Part shown: positions 13,744 to 22,160 of the stretch, piece after piece
Position numbering within the stretch: position 1 is the first letter of the stretch
Layout of the letters: every line of letters starts with the position of its first letter
Assembly: GCA_045639705.1 (NCBI GenBank)
Contig: JAZUDP010000156.1
Span: 1-30,415, forward strand
DNA length: 30,415 nucleotides
DNA from: Acutalibacteraceae bacterium
GTDB taxonomy: Bacteria; Bacillota; Clostridia; Oscillospirales; Acutalibacteraceae
Direction of reading: 5' to 3'
Notes under the pieces: generated by a model
Told to the model about the DNA's origin: nothing
The model's input: only the letters and a program-made list of their open reading frames with translations
The model's database searches: none
Position numbers and translations under genes: made by a program

Positions 13744-14082
13744 ATGTGTACAAAGAATAAGCTTGATGAAATAACAGGCAAGGTTGCTGCTGAGGCAAAA
13801 AGAATTTTGAACGAAAAATTGATTAGCGTTGTCCTTTTCGGTTCTTATGCAAGAGGGGATTATGACGATGAGTCTGATATCGACATAATGCTTCTTGTGA
13901 ATTGTGATAAATCTGAATATGCGGAAATCAAGAAGAAGCTATACAAGGAAGCAAGTATGATTTCACTTGAAAATGATATTGAGGTTTCACTCACACTGGT
14001 AGAAATATCAAAGTTTGAAATGTATAAGGACTGTTACCCGTTTTATGAGAATATAGAGTCGGAGGGGATAAAAATTGCCTGA
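13744..14082 (+). CDS. Minimal nucleotidyltransferase (MNT) domain protein, MntA-like antitoxin candidate
   Basis: The motif LFGSYARGDYDDESDIDIMLL is the GSxxRG...DxD polymerase-beta-type nucleotidyltransferase signature. The protein is 112 aa and overlaps the downstream HEPN gene by 8 bp. Confidence 0.85.
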   Translation: MCTKNKLDEITGKVAAEAKRILNEKLISVVLFGSYARGDYDDESDIDIMLLVNCDKSEYAEIKKKLYKEASMISLENDIEVSLTLVEISKFEMYKDCYPFYENIESEGIKIA

Positions 14083-14467
14083 CAGAATTAAAGAAACATC
14101 TAAACTCCAGCTTGAACGTTCGGAGCTTCTTTTGAAAAGTGTTCCTGTTCTTATAGAGGCTGACGATGCCTTTTCTGCGGTTAACCGTTCCTACTACGCG
14201 GTATTTCATGCAATTAAAGCTATTGAGATATTTGATAATTTCGATTCTAAAAAGCATTCAGGACTTATTTCAAATTTCAGACAAAAGTATATCAAGACAG
14301 GGATTTTTGATATTGAGTATTCTGAAATACTGAAGAGCCTTGCACAGTATCGTCAGGACAGCGATTATGATATTTTCGCAGATATATCGCTTGATGAAGC
14401 TAAGGAACAATATGAAAACGCCAAAAAGTTCGTTGATGCAGTAAAAGCTTTCTTAAGCTCAAAGTAA
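14075..14467 (+). CDS. HEPN domain protein (PF05168-like), HepT-like partner of the MNT
   Basis: A TTG start lies 7 nt after GGAGGGG. It is a four-helix-type sequence with NRSYYAVFHAIKA and YRQDSDYD at the position of the HEPN R-x4-6-H motif. This is the classic MNT-HEPN two-gene arrangement. Confidence 0.75.
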   Translation: MPDRIKETSKLQLERSELLLKSVPVLIEADDAFSAVNRSYYAVFHAIKAIEIFDNFDSKKHSGLISNFRQKYIKTGIFDIEYSEILKSLAQYRQDSDYDIFADISLDEAKEQYENAKKFVDAVKAFLSSK

Positions 14468-14476
14468 TCAGACATA

Positions 14477-14516
14477 AAAATCCGATTGACTCGTAATGAA
14501 TCAATCGGATTTTTTG
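14477..14516 (+). terminator. Rho-independent terminator after the HEPN gene
   Basis: AAAATCCGATTGA-ctcgtaatgaa-TCAATCGGATTTTTT. Confidence 0.8.
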
Positions 14517-14570
14517 CACTTATGTTTTGTTTGACAAAGAAATATTTGTAATGCAATTTTTATTTAGATA

Positions 14571-14599
14571 TTGCAAATTTTTTTGTCATCGTTTACAAT
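14571..14599 (+). promoter_or_regulatory. SigA-type promoter (TTGCAA-N17-TACAAT) upstream of the recombinase remnant and NYN gene
   Basis: The hexamers are seen directly. A 7-bp inverted repeat TTATCAG-N10-CTGATAA (14604-14627) lies in the leader. Confidence 0.45.
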
Positions 14600-14652
14600 G
14601 TGATTATCAGGTGCTTACCTCTGATAAATAATTTGATTAGAGAGAGACAGAT

Positions 14653-14865
14653 ATGGACAACGCTTATATTTATACCCATGTTTCTACGATTATTCAAGTA
14701 GACGGTTTCTCTCTTGATGCGCAGTAAGAAGAAATAAAAGCATATGCCAAAATGCATGACATCAATATCGTAGGCAAGTATTCCGATGAAGGCAAATCGG
14801 GCAAAAACGCTGAATACAGACCTGCATTCAATCAAATGATGAATAAGGTCAATGTATTGATGTGA
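14653..14865 (+). pseudogene. Serine recombinase (resolvase/invertase) N-terminal fragment with an in-frame stop, truncated
   Basis: The translation is MDNAYIYTHVSTIIQVDGFSLDAQ*EEIKAYAKMHDINIVGKYSDEGKSGKNAEYRPAFNQMMNKVNVLM*. It matches the conserved Y-x-R-V-S-T..Q...SL.aQ and Y.D.G.SGKN..RPAF blocks. However, Arg is replaced by His (YTHVS), a TAA sits at 14725-14727, and the frame ends after about 70 codons. Confidence 0.75.
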
Positions 14866-14889
14866 AAAAGACAGGGAGAGATAAATATC

Positions 14890-15507
14890 ATGGGCAAAAC
14901 ATACCTTGTTGATTATGAAAATACCGGAATGAATGGACTGGTCGGCTGCGACAAGCTTCAGAGTGCGGACAGAATCATTCTGTTTTTCACCAAAAACAAC
15001 AGCAAGATTGACATGAGCGTCATTGCAAATCACGGAGAAGCGGATTTTAAGATGATTGAAGTTTCGTCGGGAAAGCAATCGGCTGACCTTCATATCGGTT
15101 CTTATCTCGGATATCTGCTTGTGGAGAAAAAGTCCGGCAGTCATGAATTTATTATTGTCAGCAAAGATTCTGATTTTGACAATCTGCTGAAATTCTGGAA
15201 AGACAAGACGAATGTCAAGCTGAAGAGAGCACCGGCTATAGGACAGTCTGCGAATAATGATACTGCTGAATCTAAAGACTGTTCGCAGAAGGACGCGGCC
15301 AACAAAACGGAAATTAATAATCAGGTTATGAAAGCCTTCAGCGGTGCAGGGTTCAGCCCTGACATTGTAGGTTATGCGGCTTCTATTGTGGCGAAAAATA
15401 TTGGAGAGAAAAATGCAAAGCAGCAGATATACAGAACAATCATTTCAAAGTATGGGCAGAAGCAGGGACTTGAAATTTACCGCGTCATTAAGAAAACAAT
15501 AAAATAA
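14890..15507 (+). CDS. NYN/LabA-like PIN-fold domain protein with a helical C-terminal domain
   Basis: RBS GGGAGAG precedes the start. Motifs YLVDYENTG, SADLHIGSYL and IIVSKDSDFDNLLKFW match the four-acidic-residue pattern of NYN (LabA/DUF88) nucleases. The C-terminal ~70 aa may be an HTH/LOTUS-like module, which is uncertain. Confidence 0.6.
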   Translation: MGKTYLVDYENTGMNGLVGCDKLQSADRIILFFTKNNSKIDMSVIANHGEADFKMIEVSSGKQSADLHIGSYLGYLLVEKKSGSHEFIIVSKDSDFDNLLKFWKDKTNVKLKRAPAIGQSANNDTAESKDCSQKDAANKTEINNQVMKAFSGAGFSPDIVGYAASIVAKNIGEKNAKQQIYRTIISKYGQKQGLEIYRVIKKTIK

Positions 15508-15522
15508 GTTATGCACATAATA

Positions 15523-15552
15523 AATAAGGAGCAGGCTGACCTGCTCCTTATT
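15523..15552. terminator. Bidirectional terminator between convergent genes (AATAAGGAGCAGG-ctga-CCTGCTCCTTATT)
   Basis: A perfect 13-bp stem with A/T-rich flanks on both sides. Confidence 0.8.
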
Positions 15553-15562
15553 CTTTGCGTTC

Positions 15563-16291
15563 TTATTTAACACGTTTATTATGAATTTTTATTACCAGTG
15601 CCGCAACGCCGATGAAGAACATTATTCCCACGACAAGCAGGGCTGCCATAATTCCGAATGCGCCGAAATAGTTAATCGGTTTATCACCGGCAACAAGCTC
15701 CCACAGAAACTGCGGATTGTAGAACGGGTATGCGTAGCAGTGCATCGGGAAGCACACGCCCCGGATGATTGAGAAAATTGAGTAGGCGAGGGGATAAATG
15801 CCCGCAAGCCACGCCTTCTTCATCGGGATTTTTTCATCTGTTGCGGGGAAGAACCATATCGCAAGCATGAACGGCGGCATAATCATGTGATAGTAAATCT
15901 GAATAAAGCTTGAAAACGAGTGTACCGCCGTATCCCATTTTGCAGGCGGCGTAAAGCCGAGCGGAATGCCGCAGCAGTAAACAAGACCCGCGATAAAAAT
16001 ATATGTTGTCGCAAGTGCGCCGACAAAGGGAGAATACGCAAATTTCTGCGCCTTTTTGCTGCCGAATATTGCAAGCGCCGAGGCAATGAGATAGATATAT
16101 CCGAAAAGATTTGAGTGAACTGTGAAATAGGAAAGGATGTTGTATTTGCCGTAGTCAACGGGCGAATACTGCGGGTCATATTCGTAAACATAATATGACA
16201 GCCTGTGCGCGATAATCAGCATTCCGAACACGCCGAAAATCAGCAGCAGAACGCCGAAAAGCCTTTTGTTATACGGTGATTTTACTTCCAT
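15563..16291 (-). CDS. Multi-pass integral membrane protein (possibly Pr6Pr / FAR-17a/AIG1-like family)
   Basis: About six hydrophobic segments are present. The motif YFTVHSNLF is reminiscent of Pr6Pr-family proteins. RBS GAGGTAACAGC precedes the start, which lies 12 nt after the GH10 stop, so the two genes are likely co-transcribed. Confidence 0.55.
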   Translation of the reverse strand: MEVKSPYNKRLFGVLLLIFGVFGMLIIAHRLSYYVYEYDPQYSPVDYGKYNILSYFTVHSNLFGYIYLIASALAIFGSKKAQKFAYSPFVGALATTYIFIAGLVYCCGIPLGFTPPAKWDTAVHSFSSFIQIYYHMIMPPFMLAIWFFPATDEKIPMKKAWLAGIYPLAYSIFSIIRGVCFPMHCYAYPFYNPQFLWELVAGDKPINYFGAFGIMAALLVVGIMFFIGVAALVIKIHNKRVK

Positions 16292-16303
16292 GCTGTTACC
16301 TCA

Positions 16304-17392
16304 TCAGAAATCGCATACTGCGTAGAATGCCTGCTTCGGCATAAGATTCTCGTCAAAAAGAAGCGGCCAGTTGTGGCGGTTATTGCCCGTGTTGTAATAG
16401 GTGTTTCCGTCGCCCATGCCCCAGAAGGTTACGCTTGAAATCTTGTCGGCGTTCTTTCTGAGAACCTCAAACATCCGCTGGAATTTTTTTGCCTGAGCGG
16501 CTTCGACATTTTTCGGCAGCTCGGTAAAGCTGTCTTTTTTGTTTGCGTAAACGGACATGTCAACCTCGGTTATCTGAATATCGACACCGAGCGCGTAAAG
16601 CTTGTCGATAATCTTCTGAAGTCTTCCGGGGTTTTCATTTATTTCAAATGTATCCCAGTGTCCCTGAATGCCGACAGCACCGATGGGAACGCCTTCGTTT
16701 ATCCACTTTTCAACATATTTGAGCAGATATTTCTGCTTCATGTTGTTGTTGACAACCTTGCATTCGTTAAGGCAGAGTACGGCTGTGGGGTCAATCTCAT
16801 GGGCAATTTCAAACGCTTTGGTGATATATTCCTCGCCGCATATCTGATAGAGGTCGTTATCCTTGAATTCTCCGTCTGCTCTGTCGTAGCCGAAGGGCTC
16901 GTTTACAACATCCCATACTCGCACAATATCCTTGTAGCGGTTGATTATTACCGTCATATATTCGCGCAGTCTTTCGTAGTAAACTTCTTTACTGACAAGG
17001 TTACCCTCGCTGTCCCTTGACATCCAGCTGCCAAGGCCGCCCCATACAAGACAGTGACCGCGGAGCTTGAGACCGTTCTGACGGCAGAAGTCTGCTATTG
17101 CGTCCGCATCCGCGAAATTCCATACGCCCTCGGACGGGTTGATTGCGGGCTGCTTCAAAGCGTTTTCGGCGGTAAGCGAAGAGTAGTTTTTCAGAATGGT
17201 TTCCGAATATTTTGCATTCTTACACTGCCAGCCGCCGACGGCAGCACCGATATCGAAATAATCCGAGTAATACTCCTTAAGTCCCTTGTAGTTTTCATCA
17301 CCGAGCTTTGCGGAGTAATCATATTCTGAAAGCGGCGAAAAAGTTACAAAAGAAACAATTGCGAGAAAAAAGCTGAGAATTTTTGTAAACAT
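16304..17392 (-). CDS. Glycoside hydrolase family 10 endo-1,4-beta-xylanase
   Basis: WDVVNEP carries the acid/base Glu and ITEVDMS the nucleophile Glu; RGHCLVW is also present. The start was trimmed to the ATG at 17392 (RBS AGGAGGGAATATT; hydrophobic N-terminus MFTKILSFFLAIVSFVTF). Confidence 0.9.
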   Translation of the reverse strand: MFTKILSFFLAIVSFVTFSPLSEYDYSAKLGDENYKGLKEYYSDYFDIGAAVGGWQCKNAKYSETILKNYSSLTAENALKQPAINPSEGVWNFADADAIADFCRQNGLKLRGHCLVWGGLGSWMSRDSEGNLVSKEVYYERLREYMTVIINRYKDIVRVWDVVNEPFGYDRADGEFKDNDLYQICGEEYITKAFEIAHEIDPTAVLCLNECKVVNNNMKQKYLLKYVEKWINEGVPIGAVGIQGHWDTFEINENPGRLQKIIDKLYALGVDIQITEVDMSVYANKKDSFTELPKNVEAAQAKKFQRMFEVLRKNADKISSVTFWGMGDGNTYYNTGNNRHNWPLLFDENLMPKQAFYAVCDF

Positions 17393-17417
17393 AATATTCC
17401 CTCCTGCGTTTTTTCTG

Positions 17418-17446
17418 ATTATATCACTGCGCCGCAATAATAGCAA
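17418..17446 (-). promoter_or_regulatory. SigA-type promoter for the xylanase (TTGCTA-N17-TATAAT)
   Basis: The hexamers are read on the minus strand. It overlaps the spurious ORF-track N-terminal extension. Confidence 0.5.
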
Positions 17447-17505
17447 ATACTTTTAATAAATAAGCACATTTACAGAAGGATAATCTGATTGAATATACCT
17501 TATAT

Positions 17506-17543
17506 GCAGAAAAGCGGCTGAAAGGATCGAATCCTTTCAGCCG
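17506..17543 (-). terminator. Rho-independent terminator after the lipase-like gene
   Basis: The minus strand reads CGGCTGAAAGGAT-tcg-ATCCTTTCAGCCG followed by CTTTTCTGC. Confidence 0.8.
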
Positions 17544-17566
17544 TCTGATATGCGTTTAATACATTT

Positions 17567-19105
17567 TTATTTTGCAATAATCGGGTTAACAAAAGCGAAT
17601 ACCATTCTTACAACATTGAGAATGCTTGTTGAATGAATTGCGCGGCTTACCGCATCATTGATTGTACCGCGGGGAGCGGTGACGGGCGTGAGCGTGTTGT
17701 TTACGGTATCGTTCTGCAGGAACTGCGGGAACTTTTCGTTATCGAAAACGGTCAGCTGTTTGTCGCTTGCGAACATCCAGCTGTAAAGCTCATCGTGACC
17801 GCTGTGAATCTTGCAGTGAAGCATATCCTTTACAAACCATGTGCTTTCGGGCAGAATGCAGGTTGAAGCGTCGATTACGCCGTCGGGTGAGAGATAGTTT
17901 CTGTCCGTAAGCTTCTGCTGCTTATAGCCGTCGCCGAGTGTGCTGCCGAGTTTTGCGCAGGTTGCGCCGCAGGAAGCGTACTTTGTGTCAACGGTTGCGT
18001 CCGAGGTTTCCATGTAGGCTGTTACAAGCGGAGTTCTCTGCATGTTGTAACCGCAGAGAATGTAAACTGTTGTACCCTGAGCCTGTGCGCCCCTGAGAAG
18101 CTCCTCAGCCTTGCCCTGAACCTCATAGTGATAGAAATCAAGCTTCTTTATAAGGCCTGCCTGCGTATTGCTGTCAAGACCCATGAAGACCTTGCCGCTT
18201 TCGTAATATTCATCGGGAACAAAGCTCCAGATTCCGGGAAGTGTGCCGAAAATCGGAATAAGGCATTCATCGTAAACTCTGTCTATGAGGTTTTCAACAA
18301 GTCTGTCGGCGATTGAAAGCAGAAAATCGAAAACGCCGCAGAATTCAAGAGCCTCAATAAGCGTGTAAAGAAGTCCCGCGCCTAAATCCGCACCGATACC
18401 ATTGCCGAGTGCGGGCAGAGCCTGTGAGCCGTAGCGGATAAGAGCGTCCTTGTTTATTTCGAACTTGCCGTTGTAAAGCTCGCCCGCAACAGCTGTGCCG
18501 AGTATGGGACAGCACTGGAAGATAATTGTTTCAATATCGGCCGTACCGTAAAGTCTGATGTAGGACATGGCAACAACGCCGCCCATGCTTGAAGCGCGGA
18601 AACGGACCGTGTCATGATGCGTCAGCTCCTTGACCTCTTCAATGTAGGCATGAAGCTTCTGTGCGTTTTCAACGGGGTCAAGACGGAAGTCATAGCCGAA
18701 ATAGTAGCTCTTGCCGTCACCGTGGTCGGCTGAATCGGGATGGAATTTCTCGCTTGTGACATTTGACTTTGAATTGCCGTTTCCGTCAAGCGCAAGGTCA
18801 CCGAAAACCTTGTTTACGCAGGAAATCAGTACATCGCCGAAGCTGTCGTAATTGTGCGTAATCACAAGCAGGGGAAGAGCGGCAATAAGCGGAATGAAGT
18901 CCTTAAGCACATCGCCGGTGTCGGGACGGAAAAGCACACGCTCGTTTTCCGTTCCTTCGTCACGGATAACGCTGCCGCTGCCGAGAGCCGCAACATAGAT
19001 TATGGGAGGCTGTCCGCAGTCGCATTTGTCGTTTGCGGCAAAGCAGGGAACAGCTGCCGAGAAGGCAAGTATAACTGAAAGTAAAATCGCGAGAATCTTT
19101 TTCAT
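17567..19105 (-). CDS. Secreted alpha/beta-hydrolase, lipase/LCAT/PGAP1-like esterase
   Basis: The signal peptide is MKKILAILLSVILAFSAAVPCFA. The nucleophile elbow variant is FRASSMGGVVAMSYI. YYFGYDFRLDP resembles LCAT-like lipases. The specific substrate is unknown. Confidence 0.6.
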   Translation of the reverse strand: MKKILAILLSVILAFSAAVPCFAANDKCDCGQPPIIYVAALGSGSVIRDEGTENERVLFRPDTGDVLKDFIPLIAALPLLVITHNYDSFGDVLISCVNKVFGDLALDGNGNSKSNVTSEKFHPDSADHGDGKSYYFGYDFRLDPVENAQKLHAYIEEVKELTHHDTVRFRASSMGGVVAMSYIRLYGTADIETIIFQCCPILGTAVAGELYNGKFEINKDALIRYGSQALPALGNGIGADLGAGLLYTLIEALEFCGVFDFLLSIADRLVENLIDRVYDECLIPIFGTLPGIWSFVPDEYYESGKVFMGLDSNTQAGLIKKLDFYHYEVQGKAEELLRGAQAQGTTVYILCGYNMQRTPLVTAYMETSDATVDTKYASCGATCAKLGSTLGDGYKQQKLTDRNYLSPDGVIDASTCILPESTWFVKDMLHCKIHSGHDELYSWMFASDKQLTVFDNEKFPQFLQNDTVNNTLTPVTAPRGTINDAVSRAIHSTSILNVVRMVFAFVNPIIAK

Positions 19106-19133
19106 AAAACCACCCTTTACTCTGATTTTCTAT

Positions 19134-19162
19134 AATATACCATGCCGGGCGGAAAAAGTAAA
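19134..19162 (-). promoter_or_regulatory. SigA-type promoter for the lipase-like gene (TTTACT-N17-TATATT)
   Basis: The hexamers are read on the minus strand, 29 nt upstream of the ATG at 19105. Confidence 0.4.
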
Positions 19163-19170
19163 GATTTATG

Positions 19171-19199
19171 TTGCAGTGTATTTGGGTTGGTGATATAAT
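19171..19199 (+). promoter_or_regulatory. SigA-type promoter for the PHP operon (TTGCAG-N17-TATAAT)
   Basis: The hexamers are seen directly. A ~100-nt structured leader follows. Confidence 0.5.
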
Positions 19200-19302
19200 T
19201 CTTATGATAATCGGGGGTTAAATACTTATCCCGCAGAATTGGTAATTTGGTACTGCGGCAAATTCCAATTTGTCAATACATATACTCAAGGAGGGGTATA
19301 TT

Positions 19303-20343
19303 ATGAAAAAAATTCTTCTTCCCGAAAAAGGCGAAAACATGCATTATTACAGGGCAAATCTTCACTGCCATTCGGTTATCTCCGATGGCAGCAAGACACC
19401 CGAACAGCTTAAAGCGGACTACAAGGCACGCGGCTACAGTGTGCTGTCAATCACCGACCACGACATTTTTATTCCGCACAACGACCTGACCGATGATGAG
19501 TTTCTTATGCTCAACGGCTACGAATTGCATGTCCCGAGCGACACTGAAAAAACCTGCCATCTCTGCCTTGTCGCATTGGAGCAGGATAACGACCTCCAGG
19601 TCTGCTATCACCGCTCAAAATATGTCCACGGCAATGCGGCTGAATATAGGGACAAAATTCATTTTGACGAGTCAAAGCCGGATTTTGAGCGTCCGTACAC
19701 GCCCGAATGCGTAAACGAAATGATAAAAACGGCAAAGGACAACGGATTTTTTGTAACCTACAACCATCCCGTATGGAGTCTTGAAAGCTATCCGGAATAC
19801 ATGAGCTTTGAGGGCATGGATGCGATGGAAATCATGAACTACGCTTCAATCGTTGCCGGCTGGGACGACGACAACGGTCACTGCTACGACGATATGCTCA
19901 ACGGCGGCAAGCGCATTTTCTGCATCGGCGCCGACGACAATCACAACCGCATTCCCGATGACCATCCCAAGTGCGGTTCCTACGGCGGATATATCATGCT
20001 TGCTTCTCCCGCGCTTACATACAGCGATATTTCAAAGGCGCTTAAAAACGGAGATTTCTATGCCGCATACGGCGACTACAAGCGTGACGCGCCCGAAATT
20101 CTTTCACTTGAATATGAAGACGATGTTGTAAGAATAAAGACCTCGGACGCGAGAATGATTTCGTTCATGGCAGACCGCAGAAACAATCAGTGTGCGATTG
20201 AACCCATCGGCAAGTGCGTAAACGAGGCGGAATTCAGAGTTGACCGGAACACAAAGTGGTTCAGAATTGTTGTAACCGACGATTTAGGTTACAAGGCATA
20301 CACAAACGCATACTTTACAGATGAACTCAGAGCGGAGGATTAA
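19303..20343 (+). CDS. PHP-domain metal-dependent phosphoesterase
   Basis: NLHCHSVISDGS and SITDHD are the PHP motifs. The start was trimmed to the ATG at 19303 (RBS AAGGAGGGG). Confidence 0.8.
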   Translation: MKKILLPEKGENMHYYRANLHCHSVISDGSKTPEQLKADYKARGYSVLSITDHDIFIPHNDLTDDEFLMLNGYELHVPSDTEKTCHLCLVALEQDNDLQVCYHRSKYVHGNAAEYRDKIHFDESKPDFERPYTPECVNEMIKTAKDNGFFVTYNHPVWSLESYPEYMSFEGMDAMEIMNYASIVAGWDDDNGHCYDDMLNGGKRIFCIGADDNHNRIPDDHPKCGSYGGYIMLASPALTYSDISKALKNGDFYAAYGDYKRDAPEILSLEYEDDVVRIKTSDARMISFMADRRNNQCAIEPIGKCVNEAEFRVDRNTKWFRIVVTDDLGYKAYTNAYFTDELRAED

Positions 20344-20344
20344 T

Positions 20345-21037
20345 ATGGCAGCGGAACTTGAGCTTGAATTATTTCTTGTAAGACACGGCGAGTCGATGTC
20401 CAACAGCGGACAGGACGGCGAGCTTTCATACGAATTGAAAACAGACTCTCCTCTTTCGTCCAAGGGCGAAAGACAGGCGGAGCTTTTAGGCGAATATTTC
20501 GCCGAATATCCGCTTGACCATCTGCTTTCAAGCGGACTGCGCAGAGCGATGCAGACGGCGTATCAGGTGGCTGCTCATCAGCCCGAAAACGGCGCAAAGC
20601 AGGTTGAGGTGCATAAGATTTTCACCGAGCGCAACACCGAGTGCGTGAACAGAAGCATTGAGGAAATTCAGAAGGAGCTTCCGGTTATGATTCCCGCCGT
20701 CGGCACGAAGCCGGAGGACGGAACAACACATCAGGGTAAAGACGATACCGACGAAATGACCTTCGCAAGAGCGCAGGAGGCCGTTAAGTATCTGCGCGAG
20801 CGCTTTCACAACGGTGAAAAGGTTATGGTTGTCGGACACGCGGCGTTTTTAACGGATATGTATCTGGTTATGCTCGGTCTTGACAGAGTGCAGAAATTTG
20901 ACCCGTCGTTCAACAATACGGGCATAACGAAAATTGTATTTTTCAAAGAGGGTACGGCACCTTACGCCGATATTTATCAGTCCTTCCACAATATCGTTCC
21001 GCATCTTTACGGCGAGATGCCCGAATTCAGATTCTGA
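20345..21037 (+). CDS. Histidine phosphatase (phosphoglycerate-mutase superfamily) protein
   Basis: The RHG motif is in LFLVRHGESMSN and a second catalytic His is in VVGHAAF. The start ATG at 20345 lies 1 nt after the upstream stop (RBS GGAGGA). Confidence 0.85.
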   Translation: MAAELELELFLVRHGESMSNSGQDGELSYELKTDSPLSSKGERQAELLGEYFAEYPLDHLLSSGLRRAMQTAYQVAAHQPENGAKQVEVHKIFTERNTECVNRSIEEIQKELPVMIPAVGTKPEDGTTHQGKDDTDEMTFARAQEAVKYLRERFHNGEKVMVVGHAAFLTDMYLVMLGLDRVQKFDPSFNNTGITKIVFFKEGTAPYADIYQSFHNIVPHLYGEMPEFRF

Positions 21038-21048
21038 GGAGTACGGAT

Positions 21049-22110
21049 ATGGCTAAAATAAGTGAAATCGATAAGAATTTTGCTGTTGTCAGCGAGATAA
21101 AAAAGGACGGCATCGTGTGGATTGATTCAAAATCCGAACCGTTTACCGTCAAAGGCGTTTTCTATGATGACGGCTGCTACAAGCGCATGCCGACCGAAAC
21201 AGCAAAGCAGGTAAGCAAGGGCGTTGAATATCTTCATTATCACACCTCGGGCGGACGCATTCTTTTTGAAACGGATTCGCCGTATGTTGCGGTTCATTCG
21301 GTGGGCAAATCCGACCATATGTGCCATATGGCTTTTACCGGCTCAAAGGGCTTTGACCTCTATATTTTTGAGGACGGCGAGTTCAGGTATTTCAAAACCT
21401 TTACGCCGTCTGCCGAAAAACGCGACGATATGGAGAACATAATCGAATTCCCGAACGCGGAAAAGAGAAAGCTTATGATACATTTTCCGCTTTACGGCGG
21501 TGTCAGCGAGCTGAATATCGGTCTCGACAGCAATGCTTCGGTTGCACCGTTTGACCCGTACATAAAGGGTGAAAGGCTTGTTTATTACGGTTCGTCAATC
21601 ACGCAGGGGGGCTGCGCTTCACGTCCGGGCAATAATTTCCCCGCAATCGTATCGAGAAAGACCATGACGGATTTCCTCTGCCTCGGATTTTCGGGCAGCG
21701 CTCACGGCGAGGAGATTATGGCCGACTATATTGCGGCGCAGGATATGTCCTGCTTCGTTATGGACTATGACCACAACGATATGGGTGACCCCGGGAATTT
21801 TGCAATAAGGCACCCGAGACTTTATAAAAAGGTAAGGGAAAAGTATCCCGATATCCCCGTTATCATGATGAGCGGACCGTGGTCAAAAAAATTTGAAAAC
21901 CCCGGCGCAAGAACAAGGGCAATTGTAATTGACACCTACGAAAAGGCGAAGGCAAACGGTGAAAATGTTTATTTCATCGACGGAGAGAAGATGTTCGGAA
22001 CGGAGTTTGCGGACTGCGCGTCAGTTGACGGATGTCACCCCAACGATTTCGGCTTTGTCAAAATGGCAGAGGCTGTACTGAAGGTAATTAACGAAAATAA
22101 CTTAATATAA
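21049..22110 (+). CDS. SGNH/GDSL-type hydrolase (probable carbohydrate acetylesterase) with an N-terminal beta domain
   Basis: Block I is YYGSSITQGG, block III is DYDHNDMG, and block V is DGCHPND (DxxH). Confidence 0.8.
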   Translation: MAKISEIDKNFAVVSEIKKDGIVWIDSKSEPFTVKGVFYDDGCYKRMPTETAKQVSKGVEYLHYHTSGGRILFETDSPYVAVHSVGKSDHMCHMAFTGSKGFDLYIFEDGEFRYFKTFTPSAEKRDDMENIIEFPNAEKRKLMIHFPLYGGVSELNIGLDSNASVAPFDPYIKGERLVYYGSSITQGGCASRPGNNFPAIVSRKTMTDFLCLGFSGSAHGEEIMADYIAAQDMSCFVMDYDHNDMGDPGNFAIRHPRLYKKVREKYPDIPVIMMSGPWSKKFENPGARTRAIVIDTYEKAKANGENVYFIDGEKMFGTEFADCASVDGCHPNDFGFVKMAEAVLKVINENNLI

Positions 22111-22118
22111 AAAAGTTT

Positions 22119-22159
22119 CCGCTGTGCGCTCAGTCTGAATGCACAGCGGATTTTGTTTT
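22119..22159. terminator. Bidirectional terminator (CCGCTGTGC-N13-GCACAGCGG + ATTTTGTTTT)
   Basis: The stem-loop lies between the convergent SGNH and PNPOx genes. There is a T-tract on the plus strand and an A-run upstream. Confidence 0.7.
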
Positions 22160-22160
22160 A

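Noticed and set aside
14593-15144. 183-aa minus-strand ORF
   Set aside because: It spans a promoter, the recombinase remnant and the start of the NYN gene on the opposite strand. It has no RBS or motifs, whereas the plus strand carries clear family signatures.
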